Shown: positions 1 through 9,673, counted from the stretch's first letter. The stretch: 64,000 nt of DNA from an uncultured Chloroflexia bacterium (GCA_963766675.1 CAVYBA010000002.1:220624-284623); one strand, 5' to 3'. Numbers and translations are program-made. Notes: generated from the sequence alone by a model not told the origin.

Positions 1-560
1 CGCTGATCAAGCTGCTCATCCGGGACGAGCTGCCGAGCCGGGGCGAGGTCGTCCTCGACGGCCAGGACCTCGCCCACCTGCCCCGCCGGCAGGTGCCGCG
101 GATGCGCCGCAAGATCGGGATCATCTTCCAGGACTTCAAGCTGCTGCCGACCAAGACGGTCTGGGAGAACGTCGCCTTCGCGCTGGAAGTGACCGGGACC
201 CCGCGGAGCCTGATCCGTCCCGCGGTCGATCGCGTGCTGGCCCTCGTCGGGCTGACGGAGCAGGCCCAACAGGTCCCGTCGCAGCTGTCCGGCGGCGAGC
301 AGCAACGCACGGCGATCGCGCGGGCGTTGGTCCACGACCCGCGGCTCATCATCGCCGACGAGCCGACCGGCAACCTGGACCCGCTGATCAGCTGGGAGAT
401 CCTCCAGCTCCTGCTCCGGATCAACGAGCTGGGCGTGACCGTGATGATGGCCACCCACAACGCCCAGGTCGTGACCGCGCTGCGCAAGCGCGTCGTCGCG
501 CTCGAGGAGGGTCGGGTCATCCGCGACGAGGTCGGTGGCGCCTACCACCGCGAGGACTGA
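1..560 (+). CDS. ftsE: Cell-division ABC ATPase FtsE (5' partial; the reading frame continues from position 3, upstream of the annotated Met at 93)
   Basis: Translation contains the ABC signature LSGGEQQRTAIARAL and Walker B IIADEPTGNLD. The frame is open to the window edge. Stop TGA at 558-560. Confidence 0.9.
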   Translation, partial: LIKLLIRDELPSRGEVVLDGQDLAHLPRRQVPRMRRKIGIIFQDFKLLPTKTVWENVAFALEVTGTPRSLIRPAVDRVLALVGLTEQAQQVPSQLSGGEQQRTAIARALVHDPRLIIADEPTGNLDPLISWEILQLLLRINELGVTVMMATHNAQVVTALRKRVVALEEGRVIRDEVGGAYHRED

Positions 561-618
561 GCCCTGTTCTCGTTCATCCTGTTCAGCCTGAGACGCGCCT
601 GGCAGGGGTTCTGGCGCA

Positions 619-1449
619 ATGCGCGTGATGAGCCTGGCCGCGACGGCCACGATGGTCCTGATGCTCCTGCTGCTGGCCGGCTTCTGGATCATCCAGACCG
701 GGTTGCTGGCCGGGCTGCAGTTCACCGAGCAGAAGGTCGAGGTCGTCGGCTATCTCCAGACCACCGCAACGACGAGCCAGATCGCCACGCTGCAGGCAGA
801 GATCGCGGCGATGCCCGAGGTGGCGACCGTCACGTATGTCGATCGCGACACCGCGCTCCAGCGGTTCCGGGCATCGATGGCCGCGCAGGGGCGAGAGGAC
901 CTCACCCAGTACCTCGACGCCAACCCGCTGTATGCCAGCCTCGAGGTCAAGCTGGTCGACCCGAACAACTTCGGGAGCGTGAGCGACGCCCTGCGGGCGG
1001 ACTCGATCGTCCGCAACGTGATCAACATCGAGGACCTCGTCCAGCGCGTGCTGACCGTGACCGACGTCCTGCGCACGGCGGGAACGGTCGTGCTCCTGAT
1101 CGTCGCGGTCATCGTCCTGTTCATCATCGTCAACACGATCCGCCTGGCGGTGGTGGCGCGCGCAGAGGAGATCGAGATCATGAGGTTGGTCGGCGCCTCG
1201 GACGCGTTCATCCGCTGGCCGTTCGTGTTCGAAGGCGCCATGGTCGGATTGTTCGGATCGCTGCTGACGCTCGGGATCCTGGCCGCCGCCGCCGACCCGA
1301 TCAGCGGGTTCATGTCTGAGTTCTTCCGGGTCCTGCCACTCCAATTCGGGTCGCTGACGCGGGACCTCGTCGTGCTCGTGCTGGGCGCCGGCGTCGGTCT
1401 CGGCGTCCTCGGCTCGTGGCTGTCGGTTCGGACGTACCTCATCCGCTGA
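619..1449 (+). CDS. ftsX: Cell-division permease-like protein FtsX (N-terminus uncertain; FtsX-like N-terminal motif lies in another frame at 561-623)
   Basis: TM1, a periplasmic domain and a C-terminal 3-TM bundle (RLAVVARAEEIEIMRLVGAS...). Sits directly after ftsE. The upstream frame reads ALFSFILFSLRRAWQGFWRNA, which resembles the canonical FtsX cytoplasmic N-terminus. Confidence 0.8.
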   Translation: MRVMSLAATATMVLMLLLLAGFWIIQTGLLAGLQFTEQKVEVVGYLQTTATTSQIATLQAEIAAMPEVATVTYVDRDTALQRFRASMAAQGREDLTQYLDANPLYASLEVKLVDPNNFGSVSDALRADSIVRNVINIEDLVQRVLTVTDVLRTAGTVVLLIVAVIVLFIIVNTIRLAVVARAEEIEIMRLVGASDAFIRWPFVFEGAMVGLFGSLLTLGILAAAADPISGFMSEFFRVLPLQFGSLTRDLVVLVLGAGVGLGVLGSWLSVRTYLIR

Positions 1450-1564
1450 GCACGCCATCCACCGATCGTCCCGGCTGTCGCCCCCGGCGACCCGGTGTAC
1501 CCTAATCGCCCACCGTCGGCACGCGACGACGTCCATCTCGTCAGCACCAAGGTCCAGTCACACC

Positions 1565-2905
1565 ATGGTCCCGGCCGAACCCGAATCCAGCGCGATTCAC
1601 GACGTCGCCCTGCCCGTCACCGAGATCAGCGAGGCGCACAGAACCGGCCGGCGGCGGATCCGCCTCCTCCCTGTCTCGATCGCCGTCGTGGTGGTCCTGG
1701 CCGGCTCGGCGCTGTTCCTGTCGGGCTACACGATGGGTCGACAGGCGGCGGCCGAGCCCGGGACGCCGGTGTCGGCGGCCGAGGCGTTCCAACCGTTCTG
1801 GGACGCGTACCACACGATCGTCGATCGGTACGCCGGGGGCGACGTCAACCGGACGACGCTGATCCAGGGCGCCATCCGGGGCATGATCGCCGCCCTCGGC
1901 GATCCGTACTCCTCCTACCTGACGTCGGAGGAGTACCGCCAGAGCCTGCAGGGGATCAGCGGGCAGTTCGAAGGCATCGGCGCGGAGATCGCGACGCAGG
2001 GGACGGACGGGACGCAGGGCTGCGTCACGCTCGGTCCGGATTGCCACCTGCTCATCACCAACCCGCTATCGGGGTCGCCGGCCGAGAAGGCCGGGCTGAA
2101 GGCGGGCGACCTCGTGCTCGCGACCGACGGCACGTCGCTCGACGGGCTGACGGTGGACGGCGCTCGCGACAGGATCCGTGGTCCGAAGGGTTCGGTCGTC
2201 ACGCTGACGATCCAGCGTGGCACGGGTTCGCCATTCGAGGTCCGGATCACCAGGCAGGTGGTCCAGGAACGCGAGGTCACGAGCAAGAGCCTGGCCGGGG
2301 GAACCGTCGGATACGTCCGGCTGGCGGGCTTCTCGGATGCCGCAGCAAGCCAGTTGACCGAGGCCCTCGCGGGCCAGGTCGAGGCGGGCATGACGAGCCT
2401 CATCCTCGACCTGCGGGGCAATCCGGGCGGCTACGTCACGGCGGCCCGAACCGTCGCCAGCCAGTTCATCAGCTCGGGTGTGATCTTCTGGGAGCAGGAC
2501 GCCCAGGGCAACCAGGTCGCCACCCAGGCGGTGCCGGGTGGGGTGGCTACGGATCCCAAGCTCAAGGTCGTTTGCCTGGTCGACGGTGGCACGGCGTCCG
2601 CCAGCGAGATCGTGGCCGGGGCCCTGCAGGACACCGGCCGGGCGACGCTGGTCGGTGAGCAATCATTCGGCAAGGGGACCGTGCAGCAATGGCAGGAGCT
2701 GACCGGCGAGGGCGGGGCATTCAAGCTCACGATCGCCCGCTGGTTGACCCCGGACAAGCGGTGGATCCACAAGGTCGGGCTGACGCCGGACGTCGTCGTG
2801 ACGCTCCCCAACCCGATCCCGGCGGGCAGCGATCCGATCCTCGACAAGGCGCTCGAGGTGCTCGGGGTACCGGCCCAGGGCGACCTCCTGCGCAACGCCG
2901 CCTGA
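1565..2905 (+). CDS. ctpA: Carboxyl-terminal processing peptidase (S41 family, PDZ domain)
   Basis: N-terminal TM anchor, PDZ (GSPAEKAGLKAGDLVLATDG), tail-specific protease motifs (LILDLRGNPGG, CLVDGGTASASEIVAGALQD, GKGTVQ). The ftsEX-ctp arrangement is conserved in several phyla. Confidence 0.88.
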   Translation: MVPAEPESSAIHDVALPVTEISEAHRTGRRRIRLLPVSIAVVVVLAGSALFLSGYTMGRQAAAEPGTPVSAAEAFQPFWDAYHTIVDRYAGGDVNRTTLIQGAIRGMIAALGDPYSSYLTSEEYRQSLQGISGQFEGIGAEIATQGTDGTQGCVTLGPDCHLLITNPLSGSPAEKAGLKAGDLVLATDGTSLDGLTVDGARDRIRGPKGSVVTLTIQRGTGSPFEVRITRQVVQEREVTSKSLAGGTVGYVRLAGFSDAAASQLTEALAGQVEAGMTSLILDLRGNPGGYVTAARTVASQFISSGVIFWEQDAQGNQVATQAVPGGVATDPKLKVVCLVDGGTASASEIVAGALQDTGRATLVGEQSFGKGTVQQWQELTGEGGAFKLTIARWLTPDKRWIHKVGLTPDVVVTLPNPIPAGSDPILDKALEVLGVPAQGDLLRNAA

Positions 2906-3063
2906 TCGCGGACCGGTGCTCTTGCGCTGGTCAGATGCATCGGGTACGGTTCGAGAGAACGAAAGGAGGTGATGTGCAGTGATCGACAGTACGCGTAGCT
3001 GCACCACCTCGCAGGAGATGGCCGTTTAGTCGGACACCCCTGTGGGTGGTAACGCACTCGGAC

Positions 3064-3084
3064 GCCGGCCCGCAACGGGCCGGC
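3064..3084 (+). terminator. GC-rich stem-loop (GCCGGCCCG-GCAA-CGGGCCGGC) between ctpA and smpB
   Basis: Perfect 9-bp inverted repeat with a GCAA tetraloop, 160 bp after the ctpA stop. No U-tract, as is typical for high-GC genomes. Confidence 0.4.
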
Positions 3085-3132
3085 GTCCGTGCGTTCCGGC
3101 CATACTGCTGCAACGCCCGAGGAGCCCCACCC

Positions 3133-3600
3133 ATGGCCGACGTGACGACCGTCGCCCTCAACCGAAGAGCCCGTCACGACTTCACGATCGACGAGACGTT
3201 CGAGGCCGGCATCGTCCTGACGGGGACCGAAATCAAGTCGCTGCGCGCCGGAAAGGCCAATCTGACGTCCGCCTACGCCCGCGTCGAGCGAGGGGAGGCG
3301 TGGCTCGTCGGTGCCCACATCGCGCCGTTCGAGGGCGGGAACCGCTACAACCACGAGCCCAAGCGGGATCGCAAGCTGCTGCTCCACCGCTCCGAGATCG
3401 ATGAGCTCCTCGGCCGCACGAAGGCCAAGGGCCAGACGATCGTGCCGCTCCGGCTGTACATCAACGAGCGCGGCCGCGCCAAGATCGAGCTCGCGCTGGC
3501 GCGCGGCAAACAGCTGCACGACCGGCGCCGCGACATCGCCGACCGCGATGCCATGCGGGACGTCGCCCGCGAGCTCGCCGATTCGCGGCGCGGGCGCTAG
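3133..3600 (+). CDS. smpB: SsrA-binding protein SmpB
   Basis: RARHDFTIDETFEAGIVLTGTEIKSLRAGKANL...NHEPKRDRKLLLHRSEI is canonical SmpB. ATG at 3133 fits better than the ORF-track start at 3046. Confidence 0.9.
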   Translation: MADVTTVALNRRARHDFTIDETFEAGIVLTGTEIKSLRAGKANLTSAYARVERGEAWLVGAHIAPFEGGNRYNHEPKRDRKLLLHRSEIDELLGRTKAKGQTIVPLRLYINERGRAKIELALARGKQLHDRRRDIADRDAMRDVARELADSRRGR

Positions 3601-3603
3601 GCG

Positions 3604-4677
3604 ATGACCGTCGTCCCGCAGCGATTGCGGCTCGGCCCGGTCATCTCGGCCGTCGACGCGCACGCCGCCGGGGAACCTGGTCGGGTCATCGTCGACGGGG
3701 TCGAGGACGTCCCTGGTGCGTCGATGTTCGACAAGATGCAGTGGCTCCAGGCACATCGCGACGACCTGCGATTGCGGATGCTGCGCGAGCCGCGCGGCTA
3801 TCCCGCGGCCAACTGCAACCTGCTCCTGCCGCCCGCCGACCCGGCGGCAGACGCCGGCTACGTGATCATGGAGCAGGTCGAGTACCCGGGGATGTCGGGC
3901 ACCAACACGATGTGCGTGGTCACGGTGCTGCTCGAGACCGGGATCCTGCCGATGTCCGAGCCCGTCACGGAGCTGACCCTCGAGGCGCCGGCCGGGATCA
4001 TCCGCGTGACGGCCGCGTGCACCGGCGGGAAGGTCACGGGCGTCACCTTCCGCAACGTACCGGCCTTCGCGACGCATCTCGACACGCCGGTCGAGGTGCC
4101 GCACCTGGGCACGGTCCGGGTCGACGTCGCCTATGGCGGGATGTTCTACGTGATCGCCGACGCCGCGGGCTTCGGGCTGCGCCTGACGCCCGATGAGGGC
4201 GCCGACATCGTCCGGATCAGCGAGATGATCAAGGCCGCGGCAGCCGACCAGCTGCCCGTGGTCCATCCCGACCAACCCGGCTTCGCCGGGATCACGATCG
4301 CGCAGCTGTCGGGGCCGGCCCACGATCCGGCCAACGACCGCCGCAACGTAGTGACCGTGTCGACCGGCAAGCTGGACTGGGACCGGCCCGCGACCTGGAC
4401 GGGCGCGATCGATCGGTCGCCGTGCGGGACGGGGACGTCGGCCCGGATGGCCGTCCTCCACGCAAAGGGGGAGCTGGCGGTCGGCGACACGTTCCGGCAC
4501 GAGGGAATCCTGGGCACGGTGTTCACGGGGCGAGTCCTGGAGGAAACGGCGATCGGCCCGTACCGGGCGATCGTGCCGTCCATCACCGGCCAGGCCTGGA
4601 TCACCGGGTTCGCGAGCTACGTCGTCGACCCGACCGACCCCTTCCCGGACGGCTTCACGGTCGGCGATCTCTGGTGA
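3604..4677 (+). CDS. Proline racemase / 4-hydroxyproline 2-epimerase family protein
   Basis: Both catalytic Cys motifs are present (MSGTNTMC and DRSPCGTGTSARMA), which favours epimerase/racemase over the dehydratase subfamily. Confidence 0.8.
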   Translation: MTVVPQRLRLGPVISAVDAHAAGEPGRVIVDGVEDVPGASMFDKMQWLQAHRDDLRLRMLREPRGYPAANCNLLLPPADPAADAGYVIMEQVEYPGMSGTNTMCVVTVLLETGILPMSEPVTELTLEAPAGIIRVTAACTGGKVTGVTFRNVPAFATHLDTPVEVPHLGTVRVDVAYGGMFYVIADAAGFGLRLTPDEGADIVRISEMIKAAAADQLPVVHPDQPGFAGITIAQLSGPAHDPANDRRNVVTVSTGKLDWDRPATWTGAIDRSPCGTGTSARMAVLHAKGELAVGDTFRHEGILGTVFTGRVLEETAIGPYRAIVPSITGQAWITGFASYVVDPTDPFPDGFTVGDLW

Positions 4678-5495
4678 ACCACGGGTTCATCGTGACGACC
4701 GGCGATCCGCGTACGGCCGCCGAGCTGGCCGCCGAGTGCGAGGGGGCCGGCTGGGACGGCGTCTTCTACTGGGACGGCGTGGCCATCGGCGATTCCGAGA
4801 TCTACGACCCGTGGGTGGTCATGGCGGCGATGGCCATGCGGACCACGCGAGTTCGGCTTGGCGCGATCGTGACCCCGCCGTCGCGTCGCCGCCCCTGGAA
4901 GCTGGCCCGCGAGACGATGACCCTCGATCGCCTGTCTGGCGGCCGGCTCGTGCTGCCGGTCGGCCTGGGAGCGCTCGATGACGGCGCCTTCGGCAATGTC
5001 GGCGAACCAACCGAGGCACGGATCCGGGCCGCGATGCTCGACGAATCCCTCGCCATCCTCGAGGGACTGTGGAGCGGCGAGCCCTATGGGCACGACGGCC
5101 GCCACTATCGGTTCGGGCCGATGACCTTCCGCCCGACACCCGTCCAGCGACCGCGCATCCCGATCTGGGTGGTCGGCGCTTGGCCCAGCGAGCGGTCGGT
5201 CCGGCGGGCGCTGCGCTACGACGGGATCCTGCCGCAGACCAGCGACCCCGACCAGGTTCGCCAGATTGCCGGGTTCGCGGCCCGGGAGCGTCCTGCCGAG
5301 GTGCGGGACCGGCCGTTCGATATCGTCGTCGAGGGAACGACCGGGCTCGACCCGACATCGGCCGCGGACGTCGTCCAGCCGCTCGCCGATGCCGGCGCCA
5401 CGTGGTGGATCGAGGCCGATTGGAACGGCGCCACGGTCGACTCCCTCCGGCGGCGGATCGAGGCCGGTCCACCCCAGGTGCGACCACAGCCCTGA
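4674..5495 (+). CDS. Luciferase-like (LLM-class) flavin/F420-dependent oxidoreductase
   Basis: TIM-barrel LLM motifs (WVVMAAMAMRTTRVRLGAIV, LLGLGAL). GTG start overlaps the stop of the upstream gene (GTGA). Confidence 0.6.
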   Translation: MNHGFIVTTGDPRTAAELAAECEGAGWDGVFYWDGVAIGDSEIYDPWVVMAAMAMRTTRVRLGAIVTPPSRRRPWKLARETMTLDRLSGGRLVLPVGLGALDDGAFGNVGEPTEARIRAAMLDESLAILEGLWSGEPYGHDGRHYRFGPMTFRPTPVQRPRIPIWVVGAWPSERSVRRALRYDGILPQTSDPDQVRQIAGFAARERPAEVRDRPFDIVVEGTTGLDPTSAADVVQPLADAGATWWIEADWNGATVDSLRRRIEAGPPQVRPQP

Positions 5496-5498
5496 GGC

Positions 5499-7205
5499 TC
5501 AGCGAAGGAAATACCGCCGATTGAGCGGCAGGTCCGCGACCGGTTCGACCTCGAGTGGCCGCCCGGCCAACGCGACGCGTCCGTCGGCGGGATCGACCTC
5601 GATCGGCGCCGTCGCCCGGTTGCGGACGAACGCAGCACGCGTGATCCCGCGCGTGCCCTCGACCGCCACGAGCTCGCGACCGCCGGCGGCCAGTCGCTCG
5701 GCGACCGCCGGCGTCTCCACCCCCCGAGACGACACGAACGTCACCGACAGCCGGCGAGCGGTCACCGGGGAGCCACCCCAGTCGGCGCGGTATCTCGTCG
5801 GCTCGGCGCGCTCGACGGTCGCGTTCCCGTCGCCGAGCGGCGCCCAGGCCGGGTAGCCGGCCTTGAGGACGAGCTCCGGCTTGGCGCCGAAGAAGGCGGG
5901 CTTCCACAGGACGATGTCGGCCAGGCGGCCCACGGCGAGCGAGCCGACCTGCCCCGCGATGCCGTGGGCGATCGCCGGCTCGACGGTCACCTTCGCCAGG
6001 TAGCGCAACACGCGATCGGTCGAGTCGAAGGGGTCGTCGGGGTCGTCCGGCAGTCCCGGGTGGCCAGTTCCGGCCGCCGTGGCCCGCCAGCCGCGCATGA
6101 CGTGGGCCAGCTGGATCGTCCGGCGGACCGTCTCCATGATCCGACCCATGCCCTGCGAGTCCGAGTTGACGATCCCGATCGCGCCCAGCTCATGGAGCGG
6201 CCCCTCCGCGGCCATCGTCGCCGGATGCACCCGCTCGCGGACCAGCGCCAGGTCATCCGGGATCGCGAATGAGGCGCCGTGGTTGAGCACGATCATCGGC
6301 AGCCCTTCGACCACGGCGTTGACGCCGAGCGGGACGGTCGGCGTCGTCGACGAGCAGACGATGTTCGCCTCGCGAACCAGGCCGATCAGGTCGGGGATGT
6401 GCCCGCCGCCCGTCCCCTCGACGTGATAGGCGTGAACCGTCCGTCCGGCGATTGCGGCAACGGTGTCCTCGAGCTCCGCCAATTCGTGGAGGCCATCGGT
6501 GTGGAGCGAGACGGACACGTCGTAGGCATCGGCGAAGCGCAGGACGTGGTCGATCAGCTCGGGATGGGCGCCGTAGTCCTCGTGAATCTTGAAGCCGCAG
6601 GCGCCGACATCGAGCAGCTCCTCCAGCGGGCCGTCGTCCTCGGCCCGGGCGCCCGCCTGCAGGCCGACGTTGACCGGCCAGTCCGCCAGTCCGAGCAGCG
6701 TTCGCTCCATCTCCCAGGGCGGCTCCTCGAAGCCGGCGGTGATCAGCGTCGTGACGCCGCCCGACAGCGCCGCGGGGAGGAGCTGCGGACTGATGGCGTG
6801 GACATGGCTGTCCACGGCTCCAGGAGTGGCGATCAGGCCATAGCCCATGATCGGCCTGGTATGGGGGCCGATCGGCAGCTCGATGCCGTCGCTGATCGCC
6901 CCGTTTCCGGCTCGGCCGACGCCCACGATCCGCCCGTCCTTGATCCCGATGTCGGCCTTCACCGCGCCGACCACCGGGTCCAGGACGAGGGCGCCGGCGA
7001 CGACGATGTCGAGCTCCGACGGGCCGGCCTCGCCCTGGGCCGCACGCGGCCGGATCGTCTTGGCATACCCCCAGATCGGCTCGTCGCCCGTTGCCTGCCG
7101 GTCCTCGGCAACCCGGACCCAGAGGTCGGTGTCGCCGAGGCGGACGCGGTCGCCGGTGGTCGGGCCGTAGCGGGCGAGGCGGTCGGCGGGGGAGAGCCAG
7201 GTCAT
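5499..7205 (-). CDS. ureC: Urease alpha subunit
   Basis: LGDTDLWVRVAEDRQATGDE, GAVDSHVHAISPQ, CGFKIHEDYGA, MGRIME are urease catalytic-subunit signatures. ATG overlaps the ureAB stop. Confidence 0.9.
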   Translation of the reverse strand: MTWLSPADRLARYGPTTGDRVRLGDTDLWVRVAEDRQATGDEPIWGYAKTIRPRAAQGEAGPSELDIVVAGALVLDPVVGAVKADIGIKDGRIVGVGRAGNGAISDGIELPIGPHTRPIMGYGLIATPGAVDSHVHAISPQLLPAALSGGVTTLITAGFEEPPWEMERTLLGLADWPVNVGLQAGARAEDDGPLEELLDVGACGFKIHEDYGAHPELIDHVLRFADAYDVSVSLHTDGLHELAELEDTVAAIAGRTVHAYHVEGTGGGHIPDLIGLVREANIVCSSTTPTVPLGVNAVVEGLPMIVLNHGASFAIPDDLALVRERVHPATMAAEGPLHELGAIGIVNSDSQGMGRIMETVRRTIQLAHVMRGWRATAAGTGHPGLPDDPDDPFDSTDRVLRYLAKVTVEPAIAHGIAGQVGSLAVGRLADIVLWKPAFFGAKPELVLKAGYPAWAPLGDGNATVERAEPTRYRADWGGSPVTARRLSVTFVSSRGVETPAVAERLAAGGRELVAVEGTRGITRAAFVRNRATAPIEVDPADGRVALAGRPLEVEPVADLPLNRRYFLR

Positions 7206-7831
7206 CGCCTGGCCCCACCGGGATCGTCATCCCCACCGCGCCCGCGGTAGCGAAGCAGCATCACGGTCCGCGTCTCCCCCGGGGCCCATGCCTCCGAAGC
7301 CCCGGCCGGCAGGTCCAGGCGGTACCCGCGAGCAGCCTCGCGATCGAACACGAGCCGGCGATTCACGCGATGGAACGGGTAGTGCGAAGAGACGCGGATG
7401 AGGCGGCGCGATTCGCTTCGGACCGTCAGCTGGATCCGATGGCGATCGGGCGATGCGCCTCCCTCGGGAGCTCCCACGAGGATGACCGCCCCGGGTCCAT
7501 GGCCGCCCATCTCGTCGACGCGGCCGAGCGGGTCGACGAGCGCGATCAGCCGGGCCCCGTCGCCGAACAGCACCTCCAGCCGGACGTCATCGACGAGCTC
7601 GCGGACTCCCGGCAGTACGTCATCCGGTGCGACGGCGGCCCGGCCGGCAGCCTCGACCGCCGTGTAGTCCGCCCCGGCTCGCGCCGCCTCGAGCATCGCG
7701 TCGCAGATCAGCGCGACCGCCTCCGGGGCGTTCAGGCGGAGCCCACCGGACCGATGCCGTCGAGCCAGCTCGGCGGCGGTGAAGATGAGGAGTCGTTCCT
7801 CCTCCCAGGGCGTCAGGCGCATATCGGCCAT
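7202..7831 (-). CDS. ureAB: Urease gamma-beta fusion subunit
   Basis: N-terminus MRLTPWEEERLLIFTAAELARRHRSGGLRLNAPEAVALI matches UreA (gamma). C-terminus RHRIQLTVRSESRRLIRVSSHYPFHRVNRRLVFDREAARGYRLDLPAG matches UreB (beta). Confidence 0.85.
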   Translation of the reverse strand: MADMRLTPWEEERLLIFTAAELARRHRSGGLRLNAPEAVALICDAMLEAARAGADYTAVEAAGRAAVAPDDVLPGVRELVDDVRLEVLFGDGARLIALVDPLGRVDEMGGHGPGAVILVGAPEGGASPDRHRIQLTVRSESRRLIRVSSHYPFHRVNRRLVFDREAARGYRLDLPAGASEAWAPGETRTVMLLRYRGRGGDDDPGGARR

Positions 7832-7901
7832 CGTACCGAGGCGCGGGCCCCGGGACGCCGGGGTTGCGCGCATTGGCTCGGGCGGCGTTGTGCGTCGCGC
7901 T

Positions 7902-9122
7902 TCAGGCCGGCGCTTCGCGCACCGCGAGAGCCGGCTCGGTGCGCGCCCGGCTCGAGGCCCACCAGAACAGCCCGACGCCCAGCGCCGATGTGGCGGCACA
8001 CACCAGCAAGGCCACGCTGACGCTCACGAGGCCGGCCTGGACCAGCGCGCTCATCACGAACGGGGCAAGCAGACCGCGCACCCCAGTGATCGCGTTCCAG
8101 CCGCTCATCGCCGCCGCGCGCGTTGCCATCGGCGTCTCGGCGCTGATGACCCCCGCCACGCCGATCTCGATCGACGGCCCGCTCGTCCCGATGGCGATCG
8201 ACGCCAGCCAGAGCACCAGCACGCTTGGAGCGACCGCGTACAGGAGCAGGCCGACCAGGCCGATGACGCTGCCGAAGCGCATCGGCGCAAGGACGTCGAC
8301 ACGGTCGGACACGGCACCCCAGATCAGGAACGAAACGGTCGTCGCGACCGCGGACAGGACGCCGATGATCCCCACGTCGAGCAGCGACAGGTTCAGTCGA
8401 TCCACGTTCACCAGCGCGAACAACGGGCCGGCGGCGATGAACCCGCCACCGTAGAACCCCTGGGCGAGCGCCACGCGGCCGAGCGTGGGACGCTCGCGCA
8501 TCGCCCTGATCGACTCGCGGGGCGAATAGTCGACTGGTTCGGCCGCGGCCGAGGCTCGGAACCAGATGTAGGCCAGGGCGCAGACCGCGCCAACGAGGCC
8601 CGACAGTGCGACCGCCGATGGCCCGCCGATCCGATCCGCCAGGACGCCGCCGATCAGCGCGGCAGCCGCCGCGGCCGCCGCGCGACCCGTCCCCAGGAAC
8701 CCGACGACGCGACCCCGCATGCGGGCCGGATAGCTGGCGCCCCACAGCCGGAGCTGGTACGGCGACCCAAACGAGAGGCCGATCCAGAAGAGGATGGTGG
8801 CGCCGATGATCACGATCGCGGGCGATGCCACGAACAGCACCAGCAGGGATCCGGCGCCGATCGCCCGGAGCGACGCGAATTGGCGGACCGAGCGCGGACC
8901 GATCCGCCCGGCAAGGATGCTCAGGGTATTGGTCAGAAATGGCGCGGCGGCCAGCACCGACAGACCCAGCGGCTCGAGCCCGCCCCGGCGGGCGATCGTC
9001 GGCAGCAGCGACGAGACCAACGCGCCGGAAACGCCGACGCCGATCGCGGCGATCAGGTCCAGCGACAGGTTGCGCCAGATCGGGCGCAACCCCTCGATCG
9101 AATCGCGTGACGGCAAACGCAC
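7902..9122 (-). CDS. MFS transporter (12 TM)
   Basis: Hydrophobic 12-helix profile. GTG start at 9122 chosen by frame and TM onset. The upstream part of the ORF-track ORF (to 9581) looks non-coding. Confidence 0.65.
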   Translation of the reverse strand: MRLPSRDSIEGLRPIWRNLSLDLIAAIGVGVSGALVSSLLPTIARRGGLEPLGLSVLAAAPFLTNTLSILAGRIGPRSVRQFASLRAIGAGSLLVLFVASPAIVIIGATILFWIGLSFGSPYQLRLWGASYPARMRGRVVGFLGTGRAAAAAAAALIGGVLADRIGGPSAVALSGLVGAVCALAYIWFRASAAAEPVDYSPRESIRAMRERPTLGRVALAQGFYGGGFIAAGPLFALVNVDRLNLSLLDVGIIGVLSAVATTVSFLIWGAVSDRVDVLAPMRFGSVIGLVGLLLYAVAPSVLVLWLASIAIGTSGPSIEIGVAGVISAETPMATRAAAMSGWNAITGVRGLLAPFVMSALVQAGLVSVSVALLVCAATSALGVGLFWWASSRARTEPALAVREAPA

Positions 9123-9334
9123 AGGGCACCTCGAACCGGCCCAGCGGCCTGCGAGGTGAGCTGACGGGCTCGGCGATGGGCTCGCCGTCGCGGTGACGTC
9201 GCGATGCGCCCCGGAAGGGTGGGTCCCCCGTCCTCGGGCAGAGGTTCGGCCGGGGGCATCGTAGCATCGAGGCCGCCGCCGGCTCCCGGCGTGGGCGAGC
9301 TCGTTCGCGCCGGAGGTCGCGGGCCTCCTGGGTC

Positions 9335-9538
9335 CTAGTTGTAGGCTTGAGCGAGAAGCAGGCGGTCGTCCGGGAGCTTGGGCATCGCCTCGATCTGCCG
9401 TAGCTCGGCCTCGAGCTCCTCGACGAGCCCCATCGCCGCGTCCCACGACGGACTGCCCGGCGTGCAGGCGTCGGCTCGTCGGCGAGCGATCAGGAGATCG
9501 ACGTCGAGGGTCATTCGATCGAGCCTGCACTGGTACAT
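9335..9538 (-). CDS. Hypothetical small protein
   Basis: 67-aa ORF. The C-terminal half (MGLVEELEAELRQIEAMPKLPDDRLLLAQAYN) looks protein-like. No homology recognised. Confidence 0.25.
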   Translation of the reverse strand: MYQCRLDRMTLDVDLLIARRRADACTPGSPSWDAAMGLVEELEAELRQIEAMPKLPDDRLLLAQAYN

Positions 9539-9643
9539 GTTCGAATGGTCGACCAGCCGCGCGAACTGCGCAGCAGGCCATCGGTCACGACTCCGGAGGC
9601 CATCCGACCCGGTTCACGGCATCTGCCGGTCGCAACTGAACAC

Positions 9644-9673
9644 TTGGCCGAAATGGCGCGATTAGGCTAGAAT
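9644..9673 (+). promoter_or_regulatory. Putative sigma-70-type promoter for ssrA (TTGGCC-N18-TAGAAT)
   Basis: Good -10 hexamer TAGAAT at 9668-9673 with -35-like TTGGCC 18 nt upstream, ~30 nt before the mature tmRNA 5' end. Confidence 0.4.

Noticed and set aside
3046-3132. ORF-track N-terminal extension of smpB (start at 3046)
   Set aside because: The conserved SmpB core begins right after the ATG at 3133. The upstream 29 codons lack conservation and overlap the ctpA terminator hairpin.
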